Numbered from the whole stretch's first letter, positions 13,794 to 26,425 are shown. The stretch is 63,950 bases of DNA, filler included, from Reticulomyxa filosa (GCA_000512085.1; 15 parts of 15 records of this genome joined end to end with filler, not necessarily neighbours in it); one strand, 5' to 3'. Numbers and translations: made by a program. Notes: a model not told the origin generated them from the letters alone.

Positions 13794-13893
13794 NNNNNNN
13801 NNNNNNNNNNNNNNNNNNNNNNNNNNNNNNNNNNNNNTTAATTAATTAANNNNNNNNNNNNNNNNNNNNNNNNNNNNNNNNNNNNNNNNNNNN
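13794..13893. other. Artificial contig linker N44-TTAATTAATTAA-N44 (stops in all six frames); first of 14
   Basis: Identical 100-bp linkers also start at 16184, 18032, 19944, 22713, 26326, 37005, 38778, 40397, 43846, 50685, 51841, 53861 and 62625. ORFs ending in XXX-LIN are artefacts of these linkers. Confidence 0.99.
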
Positions 13894-14329
13894 TTCATGC
13901 CAATTGGATGGCAGCCAACATCTTGGGAGGTTAGCTATTTGATTTTTTTTTTAATCCTGACTAAATTATGCAGTATAAGCGTTAAGAAAGAAATTGAAGA
14001 TCATGAACACTTTTTATTTCCTGTGTTTGAATAGACAAGTGAAAGTTCGCAGAAACAAAGGAAAAATAATCACAAAACGGTCATTAAACAATGAAAATTA
14101 CAACACTACGAACAATACTAAAGAAGTAAAAGCAATACAACGTGAAATAAGTTTCACCGGAAAATAGTGAAGCTGAACCTCCAACAAAAAAGAAAAAAAT
14201 TAATTTATGGTCTATTAGCAATCTCATGTTTTTTGCAATTGGGTGATTTAATCAATTGAATTCTAATGTTTTCTGATTTGTTTTAACTCTGGCCCACAAA
14301 CAGCTAGGACTCTATTTTTTCTTTTTACC

Positions 14330-16183
14330 ACTGGTGCCACTATAGTTCCATCATTCACTGACAATCTGCATGTAATTACATGTTCGAGTCCGATATTGCA
14401 TGCCAATACTATTATGTTTTTTTTTGTTTTGATTTTTATTTTTAATCAGAGATTTCGCAAAAAAGAATATATTACACGTTATTTGAAGATCCTTACCATT
14501 TGCCCCATCGGAACAGTTGCTCCACAGAGACCACTTACTTCATATTGCAATGCATGGCTTTGGCGATGTTGTCGGGTTTTTAGTTGTCGGCCTGCGAGTT
14601 GTCTTCCTGGAAGGTAGTATAACTGTGATTGCTGTTAATCGATGTGATTGTGCCAAAGTCTGGCTTGATGTAGTTATACATTCATTGCGAGCGCTAAACA
14701 TAAATATTCATGGTGTTAATTGACCTGTGTATGGATTACTGGAAGGATCTTGCAAAGGTAACACAAAGAAAGGATCAGGGAACGCAAATTTCCACCATTC
14801 AACGCCTTTGAAGTATTGTGATCAACATTAATGGTGCAAACGTTGCGGGTTTTTGAGTGGGAAGTGCAAATGGAGCCAAATTACTAATTAAATGTAGTGT
14901 ATAGATAGAAACACAATAAAACATAGTGTTCATTATAATACAGCTTTACTAAATGTTGGCGATTTAGTTTGGATGCGTTGGAAATCTTATATTATCGCGT
15001 GTTGGAGCTTCATGTTGATTATGTATCAATGATCCAGTTTATTTGTGAGTTTGATCACGTATTGATGACTTAGTTCGGTCATGTATCGGTGATCCTGTTT
15101 GGTCATATGTTGATGATTCCGTTTGATCGTGTGTTGGAACTCCAGTTTGGTCACGTGTTGATGATGTTTCGATTGTCAATCACAAAAAAAACTTTTCGGC
15201 CAGGTGTGGCTACAATCATCAGTCATTAATTCAATGGCTCCCATTGCAATCGCCATGTCGATATTTGCGAACGCAAAGACCATTGCGGAAATGTCACCCT
15301 ACATAAGTCTCGTCCGCAGTTGGGCTAAAGAAGAACTCGTCGTCAGTGTGAGTGTCAATGTCTGGCTTGGTTGTTTCGATTGCAACAACGAAGGAAATTA
15401 TGTTGATGATTTGGACGGCAACAGCCAATGTTCGTTTGTATGTGACGACATTGCCAGAGATCCAATAGGTTCACAAGTTTTTTTTTATTGGATCGTATCG
15501 ACTTGGCTAAATGGAATCAAGACTTGTTCTAGTGCATAACTTGAATGTAAGCCAAATCTCGTGGAAACCACATGACGAATTGAAACTTCCCACCATTCAA
15601 TTCCTTTTTGCATGTCTACGCCAAGAGATTAGCACTCTTCCAAAAAGCACGTTGTACTGAATAATAGCTTCGCAACTGTAGATAAGGACTATTGATGTGA
15701 GACTGTCCCCAACACATTTCGGCGACCAATTGTGAGAAATATGCTTGAGGAATTCGAACGAGATTGTGCACTGGTGAAACCCATCCAAACTTGGAGCAGT
15801 ATTTTTTTTTTTTTAAAAAAATAATATACACTTGATCTAGTTGTAAAGACAGCAGAAGGTCCGTTGATTGAAACTCCACGTACTTTCGATAACCGAATTA
15901 ATCGTTGGAGGCAGTGTTGTATGACGTAAGGTCGGACTATTGCGTGGTGCATGATCCCTTGCTTGTCATACACATACACTGATGGCAGACGAGGATATAT
16001 GTGCAAATGTACACTTTATCTGCAGATGTGTACATGCCACAAAATATAAATTCTTGGAGCTCAAAGGAAACTTTCCAAAATTCGATGCGTTGACGATAGT
16101 GCGACTTAGTACATGCACACTTGGTATTCCATTCACTTTCTCCCTAACAATATGCCGCAATTGGAGTTGGAGTTGGAGTCAAA
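14330..16183 (-). pseudogene. Degenerate extracellular protein with a thrombospondin type-1 (TSP1) repeat and PT-type mucin-like repeats
   Basis: Minus strand reads PTTSPKPCIAI*SKWSLWSNCS, then an intron, then GMQYRTRTCN (TSP1 WSxWSxCS...RxRxC). A repeated KG(V/I)EWW motif occurs at ~14795 and ~15600. Many stops and frameshifts. Confidence 0.6.
15000..15165 (-). repeat. Degenerate 24-bp tandem repeat (about 6 units; peptide like SSTRDQTG/VPTHDQTE)
   Basis: Plus-strand unit approximately gtttggtcatgtgttgatgatcca. Confidence 0.75.
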
Positions 16184-16649
16184 NNNNNNNNNNNNNNNNN
16201 NNNNNNNNNNNNNNNNNNNNNNNNNNNTTAATTAATTAANNNNNNNNNNNNNNNNNNNNNNNNNNNNNNNNNNNNNNNNNNNNGTTGCAAGTGTCTATAA
16301 TATTGTTAATTTAAATATTATTCGTTTTTTTTTAAATTTTAAATAGATTTTGCATGTTGTCTTATTTAATTTGCTTTTGGTTAATTGTGCAAACACAAAC
16401 ATATAAATATTGTATCTAATAGATAAGCTAACTTTTTTATTTCATGTTCTGTTCATTCAATGCATTGATTTTGATTTCTTTAATTTTTTTTTATCTTGTA
16501 TTCCTTCATTACATTTCACATCTATATAGAATATAATTGTTTGTAATTTTTTTTTCCACAACCATATGTGCAAAATATATTAATTTTTTTTTTTGCATAA
16601 TTCTTAATTCTTATTTTGAAAATGCTCAAATGTTTCACGTTATTAATAA

Positions 16650-17245
16650 CATTTCCACTTTGTATAGTTGATATTTGCTTTGATACTGCTGATAATATTT
16701 CCGACAAATATTCTTGACATTGCATTACAATCAAAAGTTTCATCATAATAAAATACTAATACCACATAATTTAGCATGTAATACTTCACCAATTTTTCTG
16801 TAGCACCAAAATATAAAATATGCAAAATCCTAATAAAATTTTGATCTACTAATACGAATTTGTAATTTTCTTAATAAATCTTTTTCTGTCCTATTTCAAC
16901 AAATATTTTTCTTTAATTAATGCTCATTAATTGTTCTATAATTTTCTTATTTTTTGTATTATATCACCAAATATACGATTAGCTAATATTTCTAATAAAT
17001 TTTCATCATCAACAAAATAAAATCTATCAAATGCAGATTTGAGTATGTAATGTATTTTAATTTGTTTCTAACATTTGTAATAAATTGTTTCAGCATGATA
17101 TTGTTTAATACCACACTAATTATACAAATTCACGATCAAAATCTTTAACATAATGATTTTTGATTTTGTAATCTGCAATGTTATTAAAAATACCTTGTAA
17201 TAACCCATTCTTTGTACATCTACCATAACAGCAAATACAGCATGT
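16650..17245 (-). pseudogene. Collapsed cytoplasmic dynein heavy chain pseudogene (linker to AAA1 fragments)
   Basis: Collinear motifs VFAVMVDVQR, LQGIFNNIADYK, FDRFYFVDDENLLEILAN, LQIRISRSKFY*DFAY, FGATEKLV, VLVFYYDETFDCNAMSRIFVG and EILSAVSKQISTIQ match cytoplasmic dynein ([45 protein letters not shown]). Confidence 0.85.
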
Positions 17246-18131
17246 GCAACATCTAACTTTTCACCCCCATATAAAACAAACAAAACATTTTTTCTATTTC
17301 TATTACACGCATTGCTTTTTTAACATTTCTAACATCTTTATATACTATTTTTATATTCGATCCCAATTAACTCGACACGTCCAATGCCCTCCTCGTTGTT
17401 GGGAACACATAATGCCGATTCCATCATTTTCGCATACTCGCCGCCCACGGAATAGTGACGACTGATTGACCACGTTAGCTTTGCCAATCGAATTGTTGTA
17501 AGATGTCGTCATGTCCACGCAATCCAACAACAACGAAATCAAATTCTTTTATTGGATGTACTGTTTGATGACAAACCCTTTGTACTGATAATCAATACAA
17601 GCGTCTCCAATGTCATATATTGCCTTAGTATCATCAATTCGATCATCACTTCGTTCGAGTGCCCCCACTCTTCTACTGGATCCAGACATTGCATTGAATA
17701 TGTCTTCGTCATCATTTATGCCCGCAAAAGACGATGACAACGCATAGCGACTGCGTAAAATGTCGCTACCTCCCATGATATGGCCATGTGCATTCTGCAG
17801 GGTGATTGTCATCGATGACACCGCATACGCTTTGCACGTGCGCGTAAACGTCCGACAGCGTCTTGAGCAGTTGTGCCTAGAGACCGCATGTAAACATCCA
17901 TTCGAGCGGCTCGGTTATGCCGTCGCACTTGATCACATATTCCAATGATTTTGTCATCGTCACTGGTGCAATAGCAGTGCTCGACGTATGTCCATCCCAT
18001 TTCCATCAACAACATCACATGAATATTCATTNNNNNNNNNNNNNNNNNNNNNNNNNNNNNNNNNNNNNNNNNNNNTTAATTAATTAANNNNNNNNNNNNN
18101 NNNNNNNNNNNNNNNNNNNNNNNNNNNNNNN

Positions 18132-18173
18132 CGTATTACATTTAGTACACCTCTTCCAGCTGACGTCCCACAT
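18132..18173 (-). mobile_element. End of an interspersed repeat, probably an LTR 5' terminus (TGTGGGACGTCAGCTGGAAG...)
   Basis: Near-identical reverse complement of 43780-43822; homology stops at the TG and both copies abut contig gaps. Confidence 0.55.
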
Positions 18174-20790
18174 GTGGATAGTTCGATTTACAAAATTTTC
18201 AATATTCTGGATGAATATTGTTTTGAACGAATTGATAACAAATTTCCAGACGTTAAAATGTCAATATTTTGGCTGATCCTATGTTTGAAAAGTTGACTGC
18301 ATTGTTTTCGTATTTATGGAATTTGCTACCTTTTTTGACATTTTTAAAATATCGATGCATAATGTTTTTAATTGTAGTTTTGTTGGTGGTGTTTTGAATA
18401 AAAAATTGTTTGGCAATTTGTTTTATGCAATAATGCAGCTTTTATAATTAATAAACAAATTTTAACAACTTAAAACACATATAACACAATTTTTTCTCCT
18501 TTTCCAAGTGGCGAAATTTCGCGATTTTTAAATTTCCAATTGCAAATCACCACCTATTTATACAAAGGATTAAATTTGTTTTTATTACAAAATAAAAATT
18601 GTATGCATTTACACATTAGCTTAAAAGAACATTGAGTGTTCTTTTATTTAAAATATAGTCAAATGCATTAATTTGCTCTCGCAATAAGTTTGACACAATT
18701 TGCTATTTCCAAAGAAAATTTCGTCACATGTTATTTCTTTATTAAAATAAAATTTACTTACATTTATTATTTTCTATCTTATTCGCAAAGTCGCCGTTTT
18801 TTACAACCTGTTTACAGTACAACACAAAATAAAAGTCTTTTTTCTTTTACACAAATTAGAATGTTATTATGACATTTTCTATCAGTTAGCAGTCTTACAA
18901 TTATCATGCTTTTCGACCTAAAAATATCATCAAACAAGCAAAAAACTTAGTTTACAAAGCAATAAATCTAATCATTTCAAACAAAATCTAATAACACTTT
19001 CGAAATAAAATAAAAACCCAAAGAACAGAAAATAGCAAAAAGTCTTAAACTTTCGAACCCATTTTTTGTAACGTCCCTATCAGTTGCCTTATACTTTAAG
19101 TATACGCAATCACACATCATCAAAAAACAAATTCTTTGCTTTGTCATGAACGTTAACATCAAAAAAATTTGTTTTTAATGATCGTATTTTGTTAACACAT
19201 TACATCTATCACGTGTGAATATGAGAAATTTATGCAAGTTTCTTCACATCGTTTTGCAAATTCAAAAAGGAACAATTCTAAGTAGAACTACCGATCCTCA
19301 AAAGTAATCATTTTGCAAAAAAAAAAGTCTTGAATTCTCAACCAATAGGCAAGAAAAAGATAGCTGGAAAAAAAATCGCACAGCGCATAGACATACCAAA
19401 AACACGTTAAAAAAGAACAAAACAAACCGAGAAAAAATTGAACAAGGACACAAACAAAACAAATGTCAGGACAAGCATGAAACAAAAACCAAAACTGCTC
19501 GTCTTTTTTTTTTTGCAACAATACGAAAAAAGTATATCTCAGTTTATAAAAAAAATACGCACATGACGTAAGAAGGTAAAAATAGGTGTGTGGTTGTTGC
19601 ACGATGGTTGAAAGTGGATACCAAAAAAAAAAAAGGGTGAGAGAACCACAACTAAGCCACAATCCACAACAAAATTGATTAAAAAAAACAGTTTTTTTCT
19701 TGTAAGTGTTTTTGTAAACTAGATCAAAAACTTGCACAAACAAACAAAAAAAACAAACAAATCAAAAACCAACAACCGAAACCATAAGACCAAAAAATGA
19801 AACCAACACAAAAAAAAAGTCAAACAATTATACACCGATGGTCCAAAAACTTACTAAGAAAAAAAAAAAGTGGAATGATCAGACCCAAGCAACAATAGAT
19901 TAATATAACAAAACAAATCAAATGAAAAGAAAAACGAAACAAANNNNNNNNNNNNNNNNNNNNNNNNNNNNNNNNNNNNNNNNNNNNTTAATTAATTAAN
20001 NNNNNNNNNNNNNNNNNNNNNNNNNNNNNNNNNNNNNNNNNNNTTTTGTTATTTTAAAAAACACTGTTGTTTGTGTTAACCTTGTCACTGTTTTGAACAA
20101 AAAGTTCACCAGTACGTGCCCTTTTGTTCTTGCTTGGTTTTTGTTTTTATTTTTGATCTTAGATGTTGTCTCTGTTTTGAAATTTGGAATATATTGAAAT
20201 AAACTATCACTGAATTTTCAAATCTATGTTCTTTTCATGACATCATTTGCAGTTTTACTACAAGAATAATATTTTGTAAAAAATTGATCTAAAAGAGATA
20301 ACATAATTATTTAAAACAATTTTGGCAAATGATCAAAGAAATTCTTTTTTTAGAACTAAAGTGATATGTTGAAATTTTTCCTTTGGCTAACTCCATACAT
20401 TTTGCATAATTTTTTTTCTCCAGACAGAAGGCCAAAAATTTTGCAATAACTTTTATCGCAAAAAGAGTTCAGAATAAACATTAAAAAAAGATAATTTTAG
20501 GAACCGCTATGATGTAGACTAATGGAGAAAAAAGAATGATATTGTTGACTACCAAGATTATGGTAATGTAATATATATTTATTATTTCTTCCTTGCACAT
20601 AACAAAACTTGCACCACTTAAAAAAAGTCATCTAATACAAACACATATCAGAGCAGAAAAAAGGAGAAATCAAGGCCAAAAACAAAGCAACAAACTATCC
20701 AAGACCAAAAGAATGAAATTTACATGAAAAAAAACCCAAAAAAAAAACTAGCATCGCGTCAAAATTGGAAAATATAAAAATGGTTCACGC

Positions 20791-22680
20791 TTAAGACGTG
20801 TTTTCTTGTTCATCCTCAGTGTCAAACGCATCGTCAAGATCGGTTGTATCCAACAATGTCTCTACCACGAGTAATTGCTATGTAATCGAAGATAGAACAT
20901 TACATCATCCATAATAAATAAAAAATATATATGTATATGCATATGAATAAAAAAAACGATTAACTTGAGTCAAATTATGTATTTTTTCTTCATACATTTC
21001 TTTGAGATATTGCAACTTCATATTCTCTTTTTGTAAATCGATGATCAATTGATCTGTCTTTGGGATTTCAATAGAAAGAGCATTGGGATGAATGACCACA
21101 CTCGCGTTAGTGCTTCTCGTTCCCACGAGATCGGCATTGTCATCTTTCACTTCCGTTTCGTTTCTCGAAACTGGAGAAGGGGGTTGATCTGACGTCAGTG
21201 ATGTGTTTGTGTCATATTTCAAATGCGTGAATACGCGTTCCAATTTGTCCACTTTTTCTTGCGCATCACGTAATTTCCCTTGCAGCGCCTCCACTTCTCG
21301 CTCCAATTGGATATTCTTGCGTACGTATTCCTTTCACACATAAACATATATATATAATTATTATTTTATTTATTTTTCAAATGTTACCTCATTATTATCT
21401 TTTTGTCGTTTCAACAATCGTGCAAGTTTTTCAACTTCTTCACGAAGTACTTTCATTCCCAATATAGCGCTTGCTTCGTGCTTATTATTATTATTATTAT
21501 TATTATTATCAAATATATAAATATAATAATATATTAATATATTTATTTCAGCAAATGATATGAAATAGACAAAAAGAAAAAGTAACAGGTTGAATGACAG
21601 CCATGCCGGTGGTTAGACTTGCATGACGCATTAAACCGATGCTGGAAATGAAGGGTGCTTTGGGATCTTTGACCTCATCGTCTTGCTTCTTCAAAGTAGG
21701 CACCGACACTAACATGTGTAATTATATCTTTTTTTTTATTTTTTATGTTATGACTTTGTCAAAAAAAAAAAAAGGGGACAAAACCAGCATAAGAATGGCT
21801 GGTTCGTTTTTCGGATGGAGCAGGACTAATCTCCAAAGCGGAGGTGGTGGTGCTCTCCGCGATTTCGGGCATGGACTGAACGTGAGTGATTTGTGGGATG
21901 TGATCGACCTCGTGGTCGTCGTGGTCCGAGTCGAGAGACTCGGCTTGCACATTGTCGAGAGCCGAGTCTTCCTCGATTTTTGCAAACCTGGGTTTCGAAA
22001 ATGTCTGCGCTTGCTCCATTTCCACGATCTGCGATTTCAATTGAGCGTTCTCAGACTCCAATTCGATGATCTTGCGCTCCAGTTGAGCTCGAGTCAATCG
22101 GTCGTTCACTTTCGCCTTGTTCTTTACTTTCTTCGCCGTTTCTGCAAATCGAAGCGTCCGAATAGTCTCGGGCTTATTTATTGTATTCATTATTATATAC
22201 ATATATGTATATATATGTATATGTATATATGTTTGTTGCATCTGTACACTTATATGCAAAAAGACAAAGTAACTCGATTTCGAATATGCGGAGAAGCATT
22301 GACGACCATTGTGGTCTTGGAATTTCCTCCCAACGAGTCTATCGATATATGTGATGCGTACATAATATATATATATATATACATATATAATATATATATA
22401 TATATAATATATATTCATATATATTATATATGTATATGCATATACCTTGTAAGATGTGAGTGAGTGCAGAAGAACGAAAGGAAGGCCTTTGTCCTCTGGA
22501 CAACATGGAAATGGCGGTGGTCAAAGCAGATAAAGAGCTATTAATGGCAATAGCCTCTTTCAATCGATCCGGGTCTGGATTGGGACCTAATGCCTTTGTC
22601 ACATCCTCACTTCCTGCCAAATCGCCAAAGTTTAATCTCGACGTTCTCACCGATGCATCCACCATCTTATCACACAATAT
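20791..22680 (-). CDS. Kinesin motor protein (kinesin-1-like), 3' part: end of motor domain, neck and coiled coil; 5' truncated
   Basis: LNFGDLAGSE, AINSSLSAL, LTHILQ|DSLGGNSKTTMVVNASP, ETIRTLRFAETAKKVKNKAKVN across GT-AG introns; last exon ends ...EQENTS*. Confidence 0.92.
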
Positions 22681-22812
22681 GATATATATACATATACATA
22701 TACATATACACANNNNNNNNNNNNNNNNNNNNNNNNNNNNNNNNNNNNNNNNNNNNTTAATTAATTAANNNNNNNNNNNNNNNNNNNNNNNNNNNNNNNN
22801 NNNNNNNNNNNN

Positions 22813-23232
22813 TGTTTCAAAATCAGTGCAAAAGTATTCAATTCGAGAAAACAAATGGATGACATTTGAAAACACTTTACCCAGTCCATTATATGATTGT
22901 GTTGCAATATGGAGTGAAGAAGACAATAGTATACACTTCATTGGAGGAGGCAATAGTATACGCATCATTGGAGGAGGCAAGGATAATGATATAGAAGTAT
23001 CAACTCACATGAAGACAAAAGTGCGTTTATGGGATTCTTCACAGTTGGTAATGATTTGTTTATTTATTTTGATGAACAAAAATAAATTATGTTATATAAA
23101 ACTGATTAACAAATAATAAATAATAAATAGTCAAAAAAGGAAACGAAGTTTATTATTCAATATTGGATTCAAACTTCAAAAATAAAATTAGGATGGATCG
23201 ATGATTTTGATAAAATTATTTTGAAATACAGT
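22813..23232 (+). CDS. Lineage-expanded Kelch-repeat protein, 3' part, followed by the 34-aa module exon (23131-23232); possibly pseudogenised downstream
   Basis: KYSIRENKWMTFENTLPSPLYDCVAI..IHFIGG..STHMKTKVRLWDSSQL; intron 23048-23130; exon SKKETKFIIQYWIQTSKIKLGWIDDFDKIILKYS. Contains a 27-bp tandem duplication (NSIHFIGGG/NSIRIIGGG). Confidence 0.8.
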
Positions 23233-24708
23233 GTAATGAAATAAAGTTTAATATATATATATAATTGTTTGTGGGATATTCGATCTGGTAAACAAATTAT
23301 CTGTTTCAACATGTAAAAAGATTTTCTATATCGCTCAGGATTAAAAGGTAGATTGAATAACAAGAAACCTTACATCAAGAAACTTCATTGTCATTAGACG
23401 TTTAGCATTTTCTAAAGCTTATTCTTCGTAGACTGTTGGTCAATTGAAGAAAGTATTGTAGTCTGATTAGAGTAAATTCAATGTTTTTGGTACATAATAT
23501 TGTAGCACCTAATTTTTTTTTTAAAAAAAGTTTTTTAGTGAAGTTCACAAAAATATACATTTCATTGACCAAAAGTTTCATCTTTCTACTTTTATTTTCA
23601 TTCAAACACGCTGGTATATTACTCCAAACGCTTACATATTTCATCATCAATGCGTGTGTATGTTTACTCGATCCATCAAAAGATAACAAAGTGATTCGTT
23701 TTTGATTGTATGATAAGAATAACCTCCACAAAGGGAAAGTTGATATTTGTGTATCATACATTGAGGGTCATCAAGTGGGCAATAAGATGCTGACTTTGTT
23801 TAGTTTGTCTTTCAGGATGTTTTTGCGTTGTTAGTGTTACTGAAGAAGTGACTATTTGATCCAAAGAAATAATAACATATTTTATTAGAAACACAGTATA
23901 TATGTGATTCCTTGAAAACACAAATATTTTTTTTCATAAATCCTAACAAACGTTAACAAAATGGATAATGGATAATTTAAATATAAATGAATTCAATACA
24001 TAAGTGATATCTCTATGAAAAGAATTGATTTTCTCAATGAAAATAATTTTTTAATATAAATATTTAGTTGTCATTTTTAAAGTTTGGCACTTTGAAATTG
24101 TCTTATTATAGGTGACTAAAAAAAAAGCTAAAGTTTAAATATAGTTATATTAATGCAACCTTTAAACACAAAGATCAGATTTTAAATTATTATATAAAAT
24201 GATTTTTTTTGATGAAATAAAGATAAAATTGTGTGGAAGTGATTGAAACAAATAACTTTAAAAATTATTAAATCAAGTCTTTGTAGGAAGCTCATGTACA
24301 TAAGTTGTAAGTGTAACATAACAGACGCTTTTATTGAGAGCAGTTTTCAACAAAACAAAGAAAAGAAAGCAGCAAAAGAAGTGAAAAGAGTTGTAAAGAA
24401 GTTTAACCTACTGGGAACTCCTCAAACCCTTTAGAGTTCAGCCATCTACAGCAGGGGCTTGCCCTACACCTTTAAAGTTAATTTCAGATTTGGTAAATAT
24501 AGCATCATAATTTGGCTTGCTATGGTTCAAAAAAAAGTTATCCTTCTTACTTTGTTAATAGCTGATCTATTTTTAAGTTCTTTACATGATGATGCATTTT
24601 TGTTAAAAGAATTGTCCTCAAAAAGATTTTTTTAAAAAATTATTTATCCAAAAATTCTCAACAAAAATCCACTCCAATTATCAGTCAAACTTTTTTTTTT
24701 TAAAAAAA

Positions 24709-26325
24709 ATGAATACCGCCTTAATCCAAGGAACAGAAGAAGACGAAATGTTATTAAAAGATCAACAATTGAAAACAGTCTTACTTTCTGAATGTCATAA
24801 CAAAAACTACTTTTCCAAAGAACAAAAAATAATAAAAACTTTTGAGTGCTTGATTTGTGGACAAATTGCAAATAATGCTATGGAATTAATATGTGACGCT
24901 CATGACGATCAAAAAGATTCATTAATAATTGGTCAACAATGTTTAATCAATTATTTAAAAAATAATAATAATCAATGTCCTATAGATAATCATATATCTT
25001 GTAAGTATATTAAATCAAAAATGACAAGACAATTTATTAATGATTTAATAATTATGTGTCCTGTACAATTCATAAATCAATTGAATCAAAAATCAAATGA
25101 CACAATTTCAAAAAAATCTTGTAAATTTGAAGGAAAAATTAGTGAAATAAAAGAACATGTAGAAAAATCATGTCCATTAAAATTGGTAGAATGTGAATTT
25201 AAGCCATTTGGATGTAATGAAATGTTTGTTGATTTTTAATTACAAGCAGCATTTAAAATTACAAATAGAAAAACATGTACATTTATTGAAAAGTCATATT
25301 ATTAAACTTGAACAAGAAATTCAAACATTAAAAAATGAAAATGTATCATATTTTGATTTATATATATATATTATTTTTTTTTTTTTTTAAATCAATAAAA
25401 TAAATCTAATCAATTTTTTTTTGTAATAATAGATTGGATCTATTGAAATTGAAAAAAAGAATCAAGACAATCAATATATCACTGAAGAACAAAAAGAAGA
25501 TGATCATAACAACTTTTTTCATTTTAAATTGTTAAAGACATTCGATGAATGTAATGGTCCTGTTCGAAGTGTTGATTATGCGACATTTGACAATAATCAA
25601 TTACTTTGTTTTGGATCAGAGGACAAAACAGTTCGTTTATGGAATATAAAGACCAACGAACAAATTCAATCATTCAATGGACATTCAAGTTATGTAAATT
25701 GTGTGAGATTTTCACCATATCATCATCATAATGATAATAATACTGATCGTCAAAATGTCATTTGTTCTTCATCTGGTGACAAAACTTTCGTTTTTGGGAT
25801 ATCAGAGATTACAAACCATTTCAAGTGTTTGATGAACATACTAATGCTGTTGAATGGATTGAATTTTCATCATTTAATAATGGTCGATATTTGTGCTCTG
25901 GGTCAACTGATAAAACTATTCGTTTATGGGATATCGAAACATCTAAATCATTACATGTTTTTAATGGACATATGAATGACGTATTATGTGTGAATTTTTC
26001 ACCATTACAAAGTAATAATGATGATGTTAATAATAAAATTAATAGTATTGGTATTATTGGTGGTAATGGATATACAATTTGTTCTGGCTCAGATGACAAT
26101 ACTATTCGTATATGGGATATTGAATCTTTAAAAGATGTCATTGTTTTCAAAGGACATGAAGATAGTATTTTGTGTGTAAAATACTTACCATATGAATCAA
26201 GAATTAGTGGTGGTGCAAATATAATATTATCTGGATCAGCTGATCAAAGTGTTCGTTTGTGGGATATTCGATCTAATCAGCAAATTCAAATGTTTGACGA
26301 ACATACAAGCGTTGTATCTGCTGTT
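24709..26325 (+). CDS. RING-like/TRAF zinc finger + coiled coil + WD40 repeat protein (TRAF7-like architecture); two frameshifts, 3' truncated
   Basis: CLICGQIANNAMELIC..QCLINYL..CPIDNH; CKFEGKISEIKEHVEKSCPLKLVECEFKPFGC; WD repeats (FNGHSSYVNCVRFSP, SGSTDKTIRLWDIET, IGGNGYTICSGSDDNTIRIWDIE). Frameshifts at ~25235 and ~25787; intron at ~25343-25432. Confidence 0.85.
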
Positions 26326-26425
26326 NNNNNNNNNNNNNNNNNNNNNNNNNNNNNNNNNNNNNNNNNNNNTTAATTAATTAANNNNNNNNNNNNNNNNNNN
26401 NNNNNNNNNNNNNNNNNNNNNNNNN

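Noticed and set aside
17351-18031. GC-richer broken ORFs, possibly an ankyrin-like pseudogene
   Set aside because: No convincing motif; the region looks like coding debris but cannot be assigned.
19288-19743. Hydrophobic 151-aa ORF (and similar Phe/Leu-rich ORFs at 2731, 12104 and 44886) as membrane proteins
   Set aside because: They are translations of T-rich UTR or intergenic DNA.
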